Part shown: one piece after another, positions 61,431 to 64,000 of the stretch
How positions within the stretch are numbered: position 1 is the stretch's first letter
Layout: the number at the start of each line of letters is the position of its first letter
NCBI GenBank assembly: GCA_963787125.1
Contig: CAWBBV010000001.1
Coordinates: forward strand, 64,001-128,000
Direction: 5' to 3'
DNA length: 64,000 nt
Origin: an uncultured delta proteobacterium
GTDB lineage: Bacteria > Desulfobacterota > Desulfuromonadia > Geobacterales > DSM-12255
The notes under the pieces: model-generated
The model's database searches: none
The model's input: only the letters and a program-made list of their open reading frames with translations
What the model was told of the DNA's origin: nothing
Program-made: the position numbers and the translations under genes

Positions 61431-61517
61431 ATAAAGAAAATCATCTTGATAGCTATGCTGCTTGCTCTGTACCTGCTGGCAGCATGTGGTAAAAAAGAGC
61501 AGGCCCCCACTGCATGA
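61431..61517 (+). pseudogene. Lipoprotein signal-peptide remnant or micro-lipoprotein
   Basis: GAGGG RBS, then ATA-KKIILIAMLLALYLLAAC-GKKEQAPTA-stop. Confidence 0.55.
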
Positions 61518-61554
61518 AAGAGTGACATCACATCAATGAAACTGAGGAGCTATA

Positions 61555-61983
61555 GTGTTCTGGTCGAAAAAAACAAAACCGTCCGCCACGGGAGTTGAGG
61601 TTGCGACGCAGTGCCGCAACGAGGCAGAGTCACTTTACAGGTCCGGCAAGTATCATTGTGCTGAAGCTGTTCTGGAAAGCATCCGACGCCAGTTTTCACC
61701 AGATACGCCGGAAGCTGTTGTCAGCACCGTTTCCGGCTTTGGTGGCGGCTCAGGATCCGGCTGCATCTGCGGGGCGGTATCAGGCGCAACGGTTGCGCTG
61801 GGCTTGGTTCTCAATGATAAGAAGCAGACAACTCACCTGACCCGGGAACTGCATACCTGGTTCAAAGGAAAATACGGCATCACCTGCTGCAAGATAATCA
61901 GAAAAGAGAATGATAAAGGCGTCTGTCCGATCCTTACCGGCGAAGTGGCAGGGAAGATTGCAGAAATGCTGGAGAGGAGATGA
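61555..61983 (+). CDS. C-GCAxxG-C-C family putative redox protein
   Basis: YHCAEAV, GFGGG, CICGAVSG, TCC...C. Confidence 0.88.
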   Translation: MFWSKKTKPSATGVEVATQCRNEAESLYRSGKYHCAEAVLESIRRQFSPDTPEAVVSTVSGFGGGSGSGCICGAVSGATVALGLVLNDKKQTTHLTRELHTWFKGKYGITCCKIIRKENDKGVCPILTGEVAGKIAEMLERR

Positions 61984-61988
61984 TTACA

Positions 61989-63110
61989 TCAGAGTAGGAC
62001 AAGATTGTCCCGGTGAATAAGCTCGTCACCATAACGGTAGCCGAGAATTTCTTCTATTTCCAGGCTTTTGTGTCCCATTATCAGCAGCATTTCACTACTT
62101 GAATAGGAAACTATCCCCCGGGCAAACTCGTTGCCATCCAGGTCAGCTACCCTGATACAGGCACCACGCTCAAAAGTCCCGTCAATCCTGACCACCCCTG
62201 AAGGGAGCAGACTGCGGCCATCCTGGCGCAATACTTTCACCGCACCGGCATCCAGATAGGCTCTCCCCTGAGGCCGGATCGTAAAAGCAATCCAGTGCTT
62301 CCTGCTGGTCAGGCTTTGATCAGCCGGCAGAAACAGGGTGCCGCACTCTTCTCCGCTAAACAGACGGCTGATGATACCCGGATCCGTACCGTTGACTATC
62401 AGGGCTGCAGCTCCGGATCTGCCGGCCTTTTTTGCCGCAGCAAGTTTTGTGGCCATTCCACCTGTGCCGACTGCAGAACCGCTCCCGCCGGCTGCCCGTT
62501 CCATCTCCTTCGTTACAGTCCGCACCAGCGGAATAAGAATGGCATCGGAGTTATGGCGAGGGTCTGCATCATAGAGACCGTCAATATCGGTCAATATCAT
62601 CAGTAATCCCGCATCGACCAGATTAGTGACCAAGGCTGAGAGGTTATCGTTATCGCCGAACTTTATCTCTTCAACCGCGACAGTGTCATTTTCATTGATG
62701 ACCGGCACAATACCGAGTTCCAGTAGCGTTTCAAGGGTCGTGCGCGCGTTAAGAAAGCGCTGGCGGTCAGCAAGATCTTCTCTTGTAAGAAGGATCTGTG
62801 CAACCAGGCAGTCATTGGCAGAAAACGCACCTTCATACTCTCGTAGCAATCGTGGCTGGCCTACCGCTGCAGCTGCCTGCTTTTGGGGTATGGTCACGGG
62901 TCGATCGGTAAAGCCGAGGACTGCCCGTCCGGCAGCAATAGCCCCGGAAGAGACGATGATCACCTCGCGCCCTTCCCGGCGCAAGCCCGCCACCTGTGAC
63001 GCAAGCTGTGAAATCCAGTTCCGGTTCAGCTGACTCTCATCGTCCGTCAGGATCCGGCTGCCGATTTTAATAACAATCCGTTTAATATTTTTGAGAAGTT
63101 CAGAGCGCAT
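61989..63110 (-). CDS. proB: Glutamate 5-kinase
   Basis: VIKIGS, VSSGAI, NENDTV...[16 protein letters not shown] domain. Confidence 0.97.
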   Translation of the reverse strand: MRSELLKNIKRIVIKIGSRILTDDESQLNRNWISQLASQVAGLRREGREVIIVSSGAIAAGRAVLGFTDRPVTIPQKQAAAAVGQPRLLREYEGAFSANDCLVAQILLTREDLADRQRFLNARTTLETLLELGIVPVINENDTVAVEEIKFGDNDNLSALVTNLVDAGLLMILTDIDGLYDADPRHNSDAILIPLVRTVTKEMERAAGGSGSAVGTGGMATKLAAAKKAGRSGAAALIVNGTDPGIISRLFSGEECGTLFLPADQSLTSRKHWIAFTIRPQGRAYLDAGAVKVLRQDGRSLLPSGVVRIDGTFERGACIRVADLDGNEFARGIVSYSSSEMLLIMGHKSLEIEEILGYRYGDELIHRDNLVLL

Positions 63111-63127
63111 AAGCTAATATCTCTCGT

Positions 63128-64000
63128 CTAAAGAACTGTGTTACTCCAGAGGTAACGGGCGATCTCATCAAGCAGCGGCGGAATTCCGGCGCCAGTCGCT
63201 GCCGATACCGGGAATACTTTCAAACCGAGTTTTTCAAAATAGGGGATGATTTCCGGAAGGAGCGCCTGGACGTCCGGCAAATCGATCTTGTTAATAACGA
63301 TGATCTGCGGTTTTTCGGCCAGTTCGGGATTGAACAGCGCGAGTTCCCTGTTAAGGGTCGTGTAATCGTCAAGCGGGTTCGAATCGTGAGTTCTGCATGG
63401 ATCGAGCAGGTGAAGGAGGATGCGGGTTCGTTCCACATGTTTGAGGAAGCGATGGCCGAGACCGGCGCCGTCATGGGCTCCTTCAATGATTCCAGGGATG
63501 TCTGCCATCACGAAAGTCCGGTAGTTCTTGTAGTCGACCACTCCAAGATGTGGTCTGAGGGTTGTAAACGGGTAGTCGGCAATCTTCGGTCTGGCTGCCG
63601 AAACTTTAGTAATAAAAGATGATTTGCCTACGCTTGGAAAGCCGAGTAGACCGACATCTGCCATTAGTTTCAGTTCAAGCCTGATGGTAAGTTCCTCGCC
63701 CGGTTCACCTGGCTGGGCAAACCGTGGCGCCTTGTTGGTAGAGGTCATGAACCGGGCATTCCCCTGGCCGCCACGCCCGCCCTTGAGAAGCACCAACCGT
63801 TGTTCAGATTCAGCCATGTCAACAATAATATCGCCGGTCTCCGCATCCTTTACAATGGTGCCTGGCGGCACCAGGATAACCAGATCTTCGCCACCGGCGC
63901 CGTGACGATCGCTCCCCATGCCGTTCTTGCCGCGCTGCGCCCGCTGGTGCGGATGGAGGCGCAAGTCGTACAGTGTTCCTATTTGCGGTGACACCTGCAG
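63128..64000 (-). CDS. obgE: GTPase ObgE/CgtA (5' end outside the window)
   Basis: [33 protein letters not shown]. Confidence 0.96.
   Translation of the reverse strand: MQVSPQIGTLYDLRLHPHQRAQRGKNGMGSDRHGAGGEDLVILVPPGTIVKDAETGDIIVDMAESEQRLVLLKGGRGGQGNARFMTSTNKAPRFAQPGEPGEELTIRLELKLMADVGLLGFPSVGKSSFITKVSAARPKIADYPFTTLRPHLGVVDYKNYRTFVMADIPGIIEGAHDGAGLGHRFLKHVERTRILLHLLDPCRTHDSNPLDDYTTLNRELALFNPELAEKPQIIVINKIDLPDVQALLPEIIPYFEKLGLKVFPVSAATGAGIPPLLDEIARYLWSNTVL

Overview
A 64-kb chromosomal window, probably from a Geobacteraceae/Desulfuromonadales-like anaerobe (inferred from gene content). Housekeeping genes (gatCAB, pcrA, a CCA-type nucleotidyltransferase, hppA, radC, uppP, proB, partial obgE) alternate with accessory blocks. 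(1) 1-4058: a non-phage operon of a SAM methyltransferase-like gene, a small beta-rich protein, a GNAT, a DUF6916-like protein and three paralogous tail-collar proteins, followed by the start of a secreted protein. (2) 9.4-21.8 kb: a type I restriction-modification island with rhuM, dinD, a four-helix-bundle gene split by an intact IS3 element, an M48 peptidase and an orphan nucleotidyltransferase-motif protein. (3) 31.5-37.8 kb: a PerR/rubredoxin/FprA/desulfoferrodoxin operon and larA-glcD-glcF. (4) 38.2-40.7 kb: a lipoprotein and a nine-heme cytochrome c, both ending in SHOCT-like tails. (5) 41.7-57.7 kb: a large signalling island with a globin-like protein and a CarH-motif B12-binding protein. 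Sequence-level oddities include three palindromes built from 6- or 9-bp tandem repeats (one inside and around the four-helix-bundle gene) and two integrase-free inserts flanked by duplicated gene ends. No rRNA, tRNA or CRISPR array was seen. All family assignments are from motif recognition by eye, not database searches.
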